DNA of 37,451 nt, from the IMG/VR virus record IMGVR_UViG_3300010218_000026; one strand, 5' to 3'. The position numbers and the translations under genes are program-made. Below are positions 1 through 8,104 of the stretch, in pieces. Numbering within the stretch: the first letter of the stretch is position 1; every line of letters starts with the position of its first letter. Under the pieces are notes generated by a model, which saw nothing but the letters and a program-made list of their open reading frames with translations, was not told the DNA's origin and ran no database searches. Source of the stretch: a virus.

Positions 1-55
1 CAGCAAGCGTTCAGCGACTTCCGGGTTCTGGCCGAGGTGATGAAGCACCTTGTGG
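1..55. repeat. Terminal direct repeat, copy 1 (identical to 37397..37451); most simply a circular-assembly overlap
   Basis: The first 55 nt (cagcaagcgttcagcgacttccggg...gaagcaccttgtgg) are repeated exactly as the last 55 nt of the window. Confidence 0.95.
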
Positions 56-528
56 CCGGCATCCATCGCAGTCACGGCTTCGAGAAACTCGGGCGATGCG
101 CCGCCGAGCATCTGGAACGTGCGCAGCGACGAATCCCAATCGGGAAATTCAGTCTTGCCCGCGTCAAAGACCTTGTTGCAGGCATCGTTGAACTTCTCTT
201 CCTGGATCAGGCGCTTGGCTTCGGCCCGAATCTCGTCAGCGGTCATCTGCTTAGGCTGAGACTGGCTGTCTGCCGGCTGCTGGTACTGCCGCAACCGCGC
301 TTCGAGTTCTTCGCGCTGTCGTCTTTCCTCGTGTTTCTCCCGCGTGAGCTGGTCAATGCGCCGTTGAACCCAGTCGTTCTTGGGCTTTTCCTGCTGCGGC
401 TGCTCGACGTTCTCTGCGGGTTGCTCGGCGCCCGGTTCCGTGCTGACTTCAGCGGGCAGTTGCGCCTGTTCCGTGGAGGCCGTAGGCGTGACGTTCTCTA
501 CTGCTGATGCGTTCTCATCGGTTTGCAT
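1..528 (-). CDS. Scaffolding-like protein, 5' part; the gene crosses the window junction and continues 37396 down to 37202 (240 aa in total)
   Basis: A reverse-strand ATG at 528..526 opens a frame (MQTDENASAVENVTPTAST...AMDAGHKVLHHLGQNPEV) that runs off the window start. Through the 55-nt overlap it joins ORF 37202..37444 in frame. The protein is acidic, Q/E-rich and helical, and lies directly upstream of the coat gene like P22 gene 8. It is not in the ORF track because it is open at the edge. Confidence 0.7.
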   Translation of the reverse strand, partial: MQTDENASAVENVTPTASTEQAQLPAEVSTEPGAEQPAENVEQPQQEKPKNDWVQRRIDQLTREKHEERRQREELEARLRQYQQPADSQSQPKQMTADEIRAEAKRLIQEEKFNDACNKVFDAGKTEFPDWDSSLRTFQMLGGASPEFLEAVTAMDAGHKVLHHLGQNPEVAERLL

Positions 529-575
529 GGACGTATCCAAGGATTGAGCCTCGTGATGCCGCACGAGTACGGAAA

Positions 576-608
576 GCAAAAAGGCCCGCTTCTTTGGAAA
601 CGGGCCTT
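576..608 (-). terminator. Rho-independent terminator between the 102-aa ORF/tRNA-like element and the scaffold gene
   Basis: The minus strand reads aaggcccg-tttccaaagaag-cgggcctt followed by tttgc: an 8-bp GC-rich stem plus a T run. Confidence 0.6.
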
Positions 609-681
609 CTGGAAAGCTGTGGTGCTGATCTATACTTCTGTCAGGACTCAGGGTCTGGGGCGGTGCTAGCCCAAACCAGAT

Positions 682-752
682 TCGCGAGTAGTGTCATTGG
701 TGTACACGCCGGGATAGCCCGGAGATTGCGGGTTCGATTCCCGCCTCGCCGA
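682..752 (+). ncRNA. tRNA-like element (probable degenerate tRNA / tRNA pseudogene)
   Basis: Hand-folded cloverleaf. Acceptor tcgcgag/ctcgccg pairs at 6 of 7 positions and is followed by U8-A9. The D arm is gtgt-cattggtgt-acac with GG in the loop. The T arm gcggg-TTCGATT-cccgc is perfect, and the discriminator is A. The anticodon arm is only ccggg-atag-cccgg (4-nt loop), so no anticodon can be read and no CCA is encoded. Confidence 0.45.
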
Positions 753-763
753 GTCCTCCCCTC

Positions 764-1072
764 TTAGCGCTGACCGCCGATGATGTACTGCTCACTCGTC
801 GGCACGATCGCGCCGGCCGTCGTGTTCACGAACTGGATTGCCAGAGTGTTCGCCGCCGAGACGCGCACATTGCCGATCGACAGACCTGCTTGATGCGACG
901 CCTTGTTGATGTCGAGCGAGTCGCCGACTTGCAGGCCGGTAACCGTGAACGTCTGCTCAGCCGTCGTGTTGGCGCCGACCGATGCGGGCGTCAGCGTCTG
1001 ACGGATGATGAACAGCGTTGAGACTGGCGTCAGATTCGACGCGTCCTGCAATACACCGATATAGCCGGCCAT
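764..1072 (-). CDS. Hypothetical 102-aa protein between portal and scaffold (small beta-rich protein; decoration/accessory head protein is only a guess)
   Basis: ORF-track ORF. The ATG is 10 nt after the portal stop and is preceded by aggga. High GC3. Confidence 0.6.
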   Translation of the reverse strand: MAGYIGVLQDASNLTPVSTLFIIRQTLTPASVGANTTAEQTFTVTGLQVGDSLDINKASHQAGLSIGNVRVSAANTLAIQFVNTTAGAIVPTSEQYIIGGQR

Positions 1073-1082
1073 GATCGAATCC

Positions 1083-3239
1083 CTATTGAGGTTGAGCGGG
1101 CAAAGAAAAACCCGCGCTCGGCGGGTTCGGTTGGGGTTGATTCTGCTGCGCGCTATCGGGCGGCAAGGGAGGATTCCCCTCTGGCGCTCCGGTCTGCATC
1201 ATCTGCATGACGACCTGTGTGGCCACATGCGCGACGACTTGCGGGTCGAGCGGCTGACCTAGCGCCTGCAAGCGCTTCGTTTCAGCTTCGTAAGATTTGA
1301 TGCGCAGTTCATCGGCATCCTTGCCTTGCTGCGCCTGTTGAAGCAGCGCCGATTGATGCTCGATCATCTGGCCCATCTGCTGCATCTTCTGCTCCATGTC
1401 CTGCTCTTGCGGGCTCGGACCTTCGCCAAGAATCGGCTTCGGAATCGTGCGATGCAGGCGCTCAGCAACTTCATCAGCCATCGGGAAGTCAGCAGCCTTG
1501 AACAGCAGATCGCCGGCCACCTTCATCAGGTCCTGATCCTGCGACATGATCTGCGTCAGAGCGTGGAAGGCTTCCTGCCGGCGCGTCTCATAGTTCGGGC
1601 CGACCTCTACCGTCACGTCATAGCGGCCAATGCCGGGGTTGTAGATCAGTTGCGCGGACTCTGCGGCTGTCGGCTTGTCGGCGCCTTGCGGAGGCATCTG
1701 CGCCGGCGCGCCGTCAGGCGTACCAACTGCATGCGGCTGCTCCGGATTGATCTGTGCGAAGTCCTCGCTACCGTCCTCACCGACGATGCGCACCACGCGT
1801 TCCGTGTCGTACACCTTCGGGATCAGGTCAACCATGATGCGGCCGGTGTAGCGGATTGCTCGAGCAACGTTGTCGATGAAGTGATACGTGGCCTTGTCGC
1901 CCTGACGTTGACGCGCGGCGATGGCCACACCGGCATCAGCGTTCGACGGCGCACCGAACTGCTCCTGATACTGACCCGAGGTCATCATCAGTTCCTGCTG
2001 AGCCGTTTGCATGGCTTGCAGGTACGCAGAAGCTCCTACAGGAGGCTGCTCGCGCATTGGGCGCTCTATCTGTGAGCCGTCCTCGCGCAGGCCGTTGTAG
2101 GGCAGATACGCCTTGTTGTCCTTGTTCGCGTTCGCCCACTCGTCTTCATAACCTTCCACCGCTTCGACAGCCGCGACATACGGCGTCTTGGTCTGCAACG
2201 CGATGTATTCGACGTTGGCCGAGGTCATGTAGTTGTACATGCGCTGGCCGTCTTTCATGTTGCGCGTGTGGCCCTTGCGCTCGACCTTGCCGTTGATGAC
2301 GATTTCCTCGCCCACCACGCGCACGATCGGCAGATAGCGGCCAGGCCATTCCTTCTTGTCGATGATCTTGTCGCCGGCGATCTTGCACCACTTGAAATGC
2401 GGCTCGCTGATCTCGCGCTTCTTCACGCTCTTATCGTCGAGCAATGACTCGCGCTCTTTCTCGTCTGAGACCTCGGACAGCTTCATCGGCCCTTTGACCG
2501 GATGATTGATCAGCATGTCCTTCTTCTCTGCGCGGTAGAAGTATTCGCACACACGCACGTGATTCTTGTCGAGCCAGGGGTCCCCGGTCGCTTCCATCGG
2601 GAACGTCACGCTCGCCGGATCTTCCTCGGGATACATCGCCTCGTATTCTTCCTTCGGCACGTCCTCAAATACGAATCCGAACTTCGCATCAGCGCCGTCC
2701 GCGGACTGAATGTCCGGATCGAGATAGACGCACAGAGGGTCTTTCACGCGGCGAATGAATATTTCCTGCTCGAATGAGCCGTCGTGCGCATAGTCCGTAA
2801 TGACGCGCCAGTAGCCCAATCCGCCCTGTACCGCGAACTCAGTCGCCGTGTCATATGCGATCTCGGCATGCGAGTTGTACTCGATGTGCCGCATGATGCC
2901 GTCGAGAATCTTCGCGATCTGCACATCGGCCTGACCGTCAATCGGCAGCGTCTTGATGCTCGGCTTGTTCTGCTTGGCGTCGTTGATGATCTGCAAATTG
3001 TGCTGGCGCACCTTGTTGATCGTCAGGCACGGACGTTGATCGCCGTCGCGCGATTGCCTGATCTGGTCGGGCCATTGCCAGTTGTTGTCGGGGTCGCCGT
3101 TGGCAAACTTCATATCCTCGACGAACAGCTTGCGGAACGACGACTCGGCATCCTCGCAACGGGCGAAACGATCCTTCGCTTCCTTGACGATCGGATCGAG
3201 ATCGCTCGATTCAGCGTCGGATTTGCGTTTGCGTGCCAT
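1083..3239 (-). CDS. Portal protein (P22-like)
   Basis: 718 aa. It follows large terminase directly (TAAATG junction). Blocks resemble the P22 portal as I recall it: GLGYWRVITDY, VCEYFYRAEKK, YLPIVRVVGEE..KGHTRNMKDGQRMYNYM. The C-terminal tail is long and Q-rich, like the P22 barrel. Confidence 0.9.
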   Translation of the reverse strand: MARKRKSDAESSDLDPIVKEAKDRFARCEDAESSFRKLFVEDMKFANGDPDNNWQWPDQIRQSRDGDQRPCLTINKVRQHNLQIINDAKQNKPSIKTLPIDGQADVQIAKILDGIMRHIEYNSHAEIAYDTATEFAVQGGLGYWRVITDYAHDGSFEQEIFIRRVKDPLCVYLDPDIQSADGADAKFGFVFEDVPKEEYEAMYPEEDPASVTFPMEATGDPWLDKNHVRVCEYFYRAEKKDMLINHPVKGPMKLSEVSDEKERESLLDDKSVKKREISEPHFKWCKIAGDKIIDKKEWPGRYLPIVRVVGEEIVINGKVERKGHTRNMKDGQRMYNYMTSANVEYIALQTKTPYVAAVEAVEGYEDEWANANKDNKAYLPYNGLREDGSQIERPMREQPPVGASAYLQAMQTAQQELMMTSGQYQEQFGAPSNADAGVAIAARQRQGDKATYHFIDNVARAIRYTGRIMVDLIPKVYDTERVVRIVGEDGSEDFAQINPEQPHAVGTPDGAPAQMPPQGADKPTAAESAQLIYNPGIGRYDVTVEVGPNYETRRQEAFHALTQIMSQDQDLMKVAGDLLFKAADFPMADEVAERLHRTIPKPILGEGPSPQEQDMEQKMQQMGQMIEHQSALLQQAQQGKDADELRIKSYEAETKRLQALGQPLDPQVVAHVATQVVMQMMQTGAPEGNPPLPPDSAQQNQPQPNPPSAGFSLPAQPQ

Positions 3240-4475
3240 TTAGCCCATCCAGGCGCCAGCACCATGCACGGTGCGGCGGATTACAGGTTTGCTCGGCTTC
3301 GGAGCCTTCCCAGCACGTCGGGCGCCCTCGCAGGCATAGCGCAGCGCGTCGATCACGTGGTTATCCTTGTCTTCGAGAATCGGCAGGATCGCCCCGGTTA
3401 ACGGGTCTTCCTTGTATTTGTAGAGCGTCAGTTCGTCGATCAGATGCTTGCAGCGCGGATGCACAACGATGTCAAACGACTTCAGGAACTCGACGCCCTC
3501 TTCAAGCGATTTCGCGCCCTTGATGGCTGCGCGGATCTTCGGGAAACCGTTCTTCTGCATGTGGCTGATCGTCTCGGGCCGCGCAGAATCAGCCGTGATC
3601 GGCCACTTCTCGGCGTCAGGCACGCCCATGAACAGCTCAGGCAGGTTCACAATCTCGCAGCCAACCATGTACGCTTCGTAATCGACATACAGGCGATTGC
3701 CTTCAATGTCGCAGCGGATCAGCACAGAGGGATCGACCGAGAAGCCCCAGTCAGCACCAAGCCTGTGAATCGTCCCGGCAGGCCGCTCGAACTCTTCGAC
3801 GCGCCAATTGCGGAACACGCGGGCTTCGCTGTTCTGCTGATATGCGCCAAGCCAGATATGGGCATACTTGTCCGGGTCGCGAGACTTGTCGTATTCCATT
3901 TCATCGACAAGCTCCTGCGGGAACCACGGGTTATCGCTGAAATTCGCCTCGACGATCACTGCATTCGGCGGTGCGTTCTCGCCTCGCAGCAGCACATCAA
4001 CAGGATCAGTGCTGAAACGCGGGTTCCAGCTAAACCACAGTTCGCTGCCCGGCGCGCGGATTGTCGGCCGCAATAGATCAAGGCTGCGCTGACTGGCTGA
4101 CTGCGCTTCCTCGAACCAGGCAATCTTGAATCCCTCAAGCGATTTGATGGAATCGCTCGTGTGATCCTGCATCCCCTGAAAGATGACGACGCCGCCCTGC
4201 TTGGAATTGATCTGCGCGTCCAGCACGTCGAAGTAATAGCCCGCGTTCAGGCTCTCGATCTTGCTCTCGATGAGCTTCTTGACCGAGAACTTCAGCGACT
4301 TCTGAATCTCGCGCAGGCAGACTGCATCGGTCTTTTCGCGGATGCATTCCTCAACCAGCATCTCAGCGAAGAAGTGGGACTTTCCCGAACCTCGGCCGCC
4401 GTAAGCACCCTTGTAGCGAGCAGGATTGAGCAGCGGCAGATATACGCGCGGCGTCTCAATCGTCAGCGTGCTCAT
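3240..4475 (-). CDS. terL: Terminase large subunit (PBSX/Terminase_3-like)
   Basis: 411 aa with Walker A GGRGSGKS near the N-terminus. ATGA overlap with the upstream small ORF and a position upstream of the portal. Confidence 0.92.
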   Translation of the reverse strand: MSTLTIETPRVYLPLLNPARYKGAYGGRGSGKSHFFAEMLVEECIREKTDAVCLREIQKSLKFSVKKLIESKIESLNAGYYFDVLDAQINSKQGGVVIFQGMQDHTSDSIKSLEGFKIAWFEEAQSASQRSLDLLRPTIRAPGSELWFSWNPRFSTDPVDVLLRGENAPPNAVIVEANFSDNPWFPQELVDEMEYDKSRDPDKYAHIWLGAYQQNSEARVFRNWRVEEFERPAGTIHRLGADWGFSVDPSVLIRCDIEGNRLYVDYEAYMVGCEIVNLPELFMGVPDAEKWPITADSARPETISHMQKNGFPKIRAAIKGAKSLEEGVEFLKSFDIVVHPRCKHLIDELTLYKYKEDPLTGAILPILEDKDNHVIDALRYACEGARRAGKAPKPSKPVIRRTVHGAGAWMG

Positions 4476-4738
4476 TTCGGATCGACGATCTTGCGCTCGA
4501 TGCGGTGGATCAACTCGTGCTCGCCGTTCTCTCCCGTCCCTTGAATCTGCGACAGGTCGGGCAGTGTCTTCTTAAGCAATATCTCTATTGCCCTCATGCG
4601 CGTTGGGCTCAACTCGGACTGCTCTCCATCCTTTCCTGGCTCACCAAGCGCATGATTTTGCAAGACATTTATTAGCTGACTTACTTTAATCTTGGTCCGC
4701 ACGTCATCCTGATGCGTCTTGCGGAGACGAGCGGCCAT
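4472..4738 (-). CDS. terS: Putative terminase small subunit
   Basis: 88 aa, helical, translationally coupled (ATGA) to the large terminase. The C-terminal RAIEILLKKTLPDL motif is typical of small terminases of this type, from recollection. Confidence 0.55.
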   Translation of the reverse strand: MAARLRKTHQDDVRTKIKVSQLINVLQNHALGEPGKDGEQSELSPTRMRAIEILLKKTLPDLSQIQGTGENGEHELIHRIERKIVDPK

Positions 4739-4740
4739 GA

Positions 4741-4974
4741 CTAGACCTCTTCCTTGCTGAAATCCTGTGTAGGCGGCAGGATCAATTCATCCAGAGGGCA
4801 AGATCCAATCCTTCCCTCGCCGGCCTTCGGGAATTGCCCGTGAGGCAAAATGACAGTCACCCATGCGTCATCGAACTGATCTGTGTTGGGATTCCAACGT
4901 GGCGCGTCGAAATCGACAGTGACTTCCTTCCCCCGGTTAGGGCCGGACTTGATGACCATCTGGACCTTACTCAC
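4741..4974 (-). CDS. Hypothetical protein (77 aa)
   Basis: ORF-track ORF. GTG start overlapping the upstream stop (GTGA); an alternative ATG lies 5 codons in. Confidence 0.55.
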   Translation of the reverse strand: MSKVQMVIKSGPNRGKEVTVDFDAPRWNPNTDQFDDAWVTVILPHGQFPKAGEGRIGSCPLDELILPPTQDFSKEEV

Positions 4975-5405
4975 AGCACAGCCCGCACATGCCCGACGAT
5001 CGCTTCGAACTCATCGAGTGCGACACGTTCGGCGTTGGCGAGCTTCGCGCGGAAGGCTGCGATCTTCGCTTCGAGTAGCATCAGATGCGATTCGCGCGGG
5101 AGTTCGTCACCAGCTTCGGCTCCAGTCGCTTGCGAGCCAGAGTTGACCGCATTCGCATCGGAACTGGTCAAGGGGGCGCTCGAAGAGATTCCCGGGACGA
5201 GAGAGCCAGGCGTTCCGGTATCGAAGTTTGGGGCGTCAACCACCGGAGCAGCGTTCACCAGCACGTTTCCAGTGACGGGCATAACAACAGCGACGCCACT
5301 CAACGCGCCGCTAAACGTATCGCCGTTCTGGATGGTGCCAGGCTCTGTGCTGCTCGGCGCTGCGTCGCTCATCTGTGCTGCTGCTTCTGCAATCGGATCA
5401 CTCAT
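4971..5405 (-). CDS. Hypothetical protein (144 aa), first gene of the late operon
   Basis: GGAG lies 7 nt upstream of the ATG at 5405. The N-terminal half is low-complexity A/S/G/P/V-rich and the C-terminus is helical. Confidence 0.6.
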   Translation of the reverse strand: MSDPIAEAAAQMSDAAPSSTEPGTIQNGDTFSGALSGVAVVMPVTGNVLVNAAPVVDAPNFDTGTPGSLVPGISSSAPLTSSDANAVNSGSQATGAEAGDELPRESHLMLLEAKIAAFRAKLANAERVALDEFEAIVGHVRAVL

Positions 5406-5586
5406 GATTCACTCCAATGGTTGAGGGGTGTTGCAGCCCGCGCCGAAAAGAGTTCCGGCAAGCCGGCGGAGACTTTCGGCTTACGCTTCGTCTGCAACTG
5501 ACGCGGTTATCGCACTCACGCCCTGCGGAAGAAGTGCCAGCCCGGTTGTGCTCCGCGACGCCGACCGCCGCGTGACTGGCCGTAAA

Positions 5587-5622
5587 CGAAAAAGCCCCGC
5601 GCGGCGTGAACCGGACGAGGCT
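5587..5622 (-). terminator. Rho-independent terminator ending the early-right operon
   Basis: The minus strand reads agcctcg-(16 nt loop)-cggggct followed by ttttcg. It begins 21 nt after the stop of the 143-aa gene. Confidence 0.55.
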
Positions 5623-5642
5623 TTTGGGGAATTCAGTTTTCT

Positions 5643-6074
5643 CTAGGCGAGCGAACTCACCACAGTTGGATATGCTAAATCAAAATTTCCGGGTTTACAA
5701 CTGTTTTTATCGATCATCCCGAGCGCCACCAGCTTAGGGCAAAGGATCGCCTTCGCTTGAGAGTAGTCGTCGGCTTGTGCGTCAGGATAGCGCGGATTTG
5801 TCCACACCGCATATTCCGACTGGAAATTTCTCATAGCCGTATTGATCGCCACCCGGTAGCGAGTCTCGAGAGCGTGAATCAGCGGCTCGATTACCTTTCC
5901 GACGCTCTCCTTGATGTTCCATTCGACCTCTGCGTTCAGGTCGTCGTAATCCATCCACTGACGGCTGATGCGGAAATCGCGGCATGCAGGCTCAGCCTTC
6001 CCGTATCCGAGCGCCGGCGAATAGTTCTGGTTCCATTCGAACCAGTCGAGCAGGAGTTCGTCGATGCGATCCAT
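5643..6074 (-). CDS. Hypothetical protein (143 aa); positional candidate for a late-gene regulator (Q-like)
   Basis: It is the last gene before the terminator and the late operon. The ALGYGK..C..SRQW.DYDDL pattern loosely recalls Q21/Q82-type antiterminators. This is a weak recollection, not a search result. Confidence 0.5.
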   Translation of the reverse strand: MDRIDELLLDWFEWNQNYSPALGYGKAEPACRDFRISRQWMDYDDLNAEVEWNIKESVGKVIEPLIHALETRYRVAINTAMRNFQSEYAVWTNPRYPDAQADDYSQAKAILCPKLVALGMIDKNSCKPGNFDLAYPTVVSSLA

Positions 6075-6086
6075 GATTTCCCCGAT

Positions 6087-6179
6087 CTATCCGTTGTTGC
6101 CGCGCGCTGCCGAGACAGCGAACCAGGCTATGAGGCCGAGAATGAGCAGCGCGGCGACGATTGCGATTGCTGTTTTCAT
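6087..6179 (-). CDS. Micro-ORF, 30-aa single-TM peptide (MKTAIAIVAALLILGLIAWFAVSAARGNNG)
   Basis: The ATG is 1 nt after the HNH stop, and the stop lies 12 nt before the next ATG. It has a clear hydrophobic core and is below the 60-aa ORF-track cutoff. Confidence 0.4.
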   Translation of the reverse strand: MKTAIAIVAALLILGLIAWFAVSAARGNNG

Positions 6180-6180
6180 G

Positions 6181-6663
6181 TCAGGCCCCAAAGTTGGCGA
6201 ACTCACCGTGAAGCTGGACGGCGGCCGCTGTGTATGCCTCAAATGCCTTTTCCGGACTATCAAACCCTCCAAGATTCTTGGTTTTCCCGTGAGCAGTAAT
6301 GTGCGCCAGCCATTTCCCCCTCGTTTTGCTCCAACTAACCCCTTTGAACCCAGTCGTATTGATCCTACTGGCCCCGCGATTGCACCCATTCTGGGACTGG
6401 TCACAAATTCTCAAATTGTCGCGGCGATTGTCGAGTTTGTTTCCGTTCCTATGATCAACGCGCCTTGTGTCTCCATATTCAAGGCCCATAATCATCCGAT
6501 GCATACCTAGCACATAACGCTTGCGCTTTCCGCGCGCACGTTCGTCAGGCTGCTGACGGGCTGCATAGCCCACGCTATAGAACCACGAGAAAGCGCTCAA
6601 CGCGTCATAGTCTTCATCATCAACAAGCGCCACATTCCCGCCGCTTACCGGAATTGTCTTCAT
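6181..6663 (-). CDS. HNH homing endonuclease with C-terminal AP2 DNA-binding domain
   Basis: HNH motif HRMIMG..VDHRNGNKLDNRRDNLR, and AP2-like GFKGVSWSKTRGKWLAHITAHGKTKNLGGFDSPEKAFEAY. The start is uncertain (ATG at 6663 or 6678, GTG at 6690). Confidence 0.85.
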   Translation of the reverse strand: MKTIPVSGGNVALVDDEDYDALSAFSWFYSVGYAARQQPDERARGKRKRYVLGMHRMIMGLEYGDTRRVDHRNGNKLDNRRDNLRICDQSQNGCNRGASRINTTGFKGVSWSKTRGKWLAHITAHGKTKNLGGFDSPEKAFEAYTAAAVQLHGEFANFGA

Positions 6664-6695
6664 ATCGAGCGTCCACATAAGAATCCCCACTTCGC

Positions 6696-6860
6696 CTAAG
6701 CGAAAACGTCATCGCTAATACCCTGCTTCGGATCGGCGCCGTCAGCCAGCCCGCTATACGCACAGAAATGCTCGAAGTCCGCTTCGAACTTCTCCCATTG
6801 CTCGGGAGTCAGGCGAGCGCGGGATAGCTCGAGGGATTTGGTGGGGTAGGCGTAGCACAT
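6696..6860 (-). CDS. Hypothetical 54-aa protein (MCYAYPTKSLELSRARLTPEQWEKFEADFEHFC...)
   Basis: It fills the gap between the lipoprotein and HNH genes. High GC3 and no clear SD. Below the ORF-track cutoff. Confidence 0.35.
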   Translation of the reverse strand: MCYAYPTKSLELSRARLTPEQWEKFEADFEHFCAYSGLADGADPKQGISDDVFA

Positions 6861-6868
6861 GTCGGCCA

Positions 6869-7252
6869 CTATTGAACGGAAACGTCCGGGATGATCGTCG
6901 AAGGTTTGAAAATGACCTTGTAGTGATATGGGCTCACGTCGGCTGCGTCGATCTGCTCGACGAAGTAGCTGACGTTGCGCGAAAGGCCGAGGAAATGCTT
7001 CTTGTACTTGCCAGCTCCCACCTTGCAGGTCACAGAAAGCTCACCGGCCGGGTCGGCGTTGCCAAGCGAACACAAACCTTCGATGGTCATCATGTAGCTG
7101 CTGTCGATGGTGTTGTAGAACACGATGCGCCGCTCGATCTCAAATTGATCGGCAGCAACGGAAAGATTTTTGGATGCGACATTGGCCTCCCGGTCGCATC
7201 CAGATAAAACCGACAGGAACCCAACGGCGGCCAATATTGCGATTCGCTTCAT
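6869..7252 (-). CDS. Lipoprotein (127 aa)
   Basis: Signal peptide MKRIAILAAVGFLSVLSG-C with a canonical lipobox LSGC. ATGA-coupled to the upstream gene. Confidence 0.8.
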   Translation of the reverse strand: MKRIAILAAVGFLSVLSGCDREANVASKNLSVAADQFEIERRIVFYNTIDSSYMMTIEGLCSLGNADPAGELSVTCKVGAGKYKKHFLGLSRNVSYFVEQIDAADVSPYHYKVIFKPSTIIPDVSVQ

Positions 7253-7578
7253 GTGTTTTTCTCCAAAAGGTGATTGGGCTTACTTGTGTTCGCCGCCAGC
7301 CGCGTCACGCACAGCACCGCCTCTTCTGGCGTCTCGACGGTGTAGATTGGGCCTGTCCATGCTGCGTGAAACTCGGCTTGCGCAGGGGTGAGGCGGCGTT
7401 TGCTAGGGGGTTGAAGCGGGTCTTTGATTTCCATGAGACAGGTGCGGCCGTGGTAATCAACCACGAGGTCGGTCATCCCCTGCCCCATTGTGTGAGTGCA
7501 CACGACGCGCGCCCCGATGGCACGCAGAGCGGCAACTATTTCGGGCTGGTTACGATCGATTTTGGCGGCGTATTTCAT
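7249..7578 (-). CDS. VRR-NUC domain nuclease
   Basis: PD-(D/E)xK arrangement: GMTDLVV ... CLMEIK ... LTPAQAEFHAAW, with size and layout typical of VRR-NUC. Confidence 0.7.
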   Translation of the reverse strand: MKYAAKIDRNQPEIVAALRAIGARVVCTHTMGQGMTDLVVDYHGRTCLMEIKDPLQPPSKRRLTPAQAEFHAAWTGPIYTVETPEEAVLCVTRLAANTSKPNHLLEKNT

Positions 7579-7820
7579 TTCGCCTCGCTCAGCTTGCGCA
7601 TCGTCTTCGGCCCACAGATGATCGTGCGGCCGTTGTCAATGGAGTAAATCTTGTCCTCGGTGCCGAAGAACTGGCGCATCCAGTCGCGCAGCTCGGAGTT
7701 GAACTTTTCCGGCATCAGGTTTGCGAATGCAGGATTTGGCGTCATGCGCGGCACGTCATCGCACAACTGATTTATACGAATGTCCACGCCGAAAAGGCTT
7801 GAATAATTATCGATATTCAT
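7575..7820 (-). CDS. Hypothetical protein (81 aa)
   Basis: ORF-track ORF with start/stop overlaps on both sides. Confidence 0.6.
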   Translation of the reverse strand: MNIDNYSSLFGVDIRINQLCDDVPRMTPNPAFANLMPEKFNSELRDWMRQFFGTEDKIYSIDNGRTIICGPKTMRKLSEAK

Positions 7821-8104
7821 GCCGGCTCCTTTAGATCCTCGGTTACTTCGTCGTCAACGGGTAGGCCGCTTACAGGCTTCATCCAATCGTCCGGTCCGTA
7901 AAGAGGCCGCGCTGAGTCTCTGCGCACGCGATAGTCAAGATCGCGCAGTCCAACGGCTTCGCTGATGTTCTCGCCGTCAACGAACCAAAGAGGCCCAAAC
8001 CGATCATCAGTCTTGTAAAACTTCAAGACCATGACGATCTTCCCAATATTGGCGGGCACCATCGACTTGACGATAATCGCCAGATCACCAGGTTTGCAGT
8101 TCAT
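7817..8104 (-). CDS. Hypothetical protein (95 aa)
   Basis: Start trimmed to the ATG at 8104, which forms an ATGA overlap with the upstream stop (MNCKPGDLAIIV...). Confidence 0.6.
   Translation of the reverse strand: MNCKPGDLAIIVKSMVPANIGKIVMVLKFYKTDDRFGPLWFVDGENISEAVGLRDLDYRVRRDSARPLYGPDDWMKPVSGLPVDDEVTEDLKEPA

Noticed and set aside
37-507. Plus-strand ORFs of 156 aa and 69 aa at the window start
   Set aside because: They are antisense shadows of the scaffold-like gene, which runs off the window edge on the minus strand. Their R/L-rich composition is typical of wrong-strand frames in GC-rich DNA, and they have no SD or operon context.
682-752. tRNA-like element as the attP core
   Set aside because: It lies about 17 kb from int/xis and the TTTTGAAC arm repeats, in the middle of the head operon. 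The AT-rich int-proximal region is a far better attP candidate.
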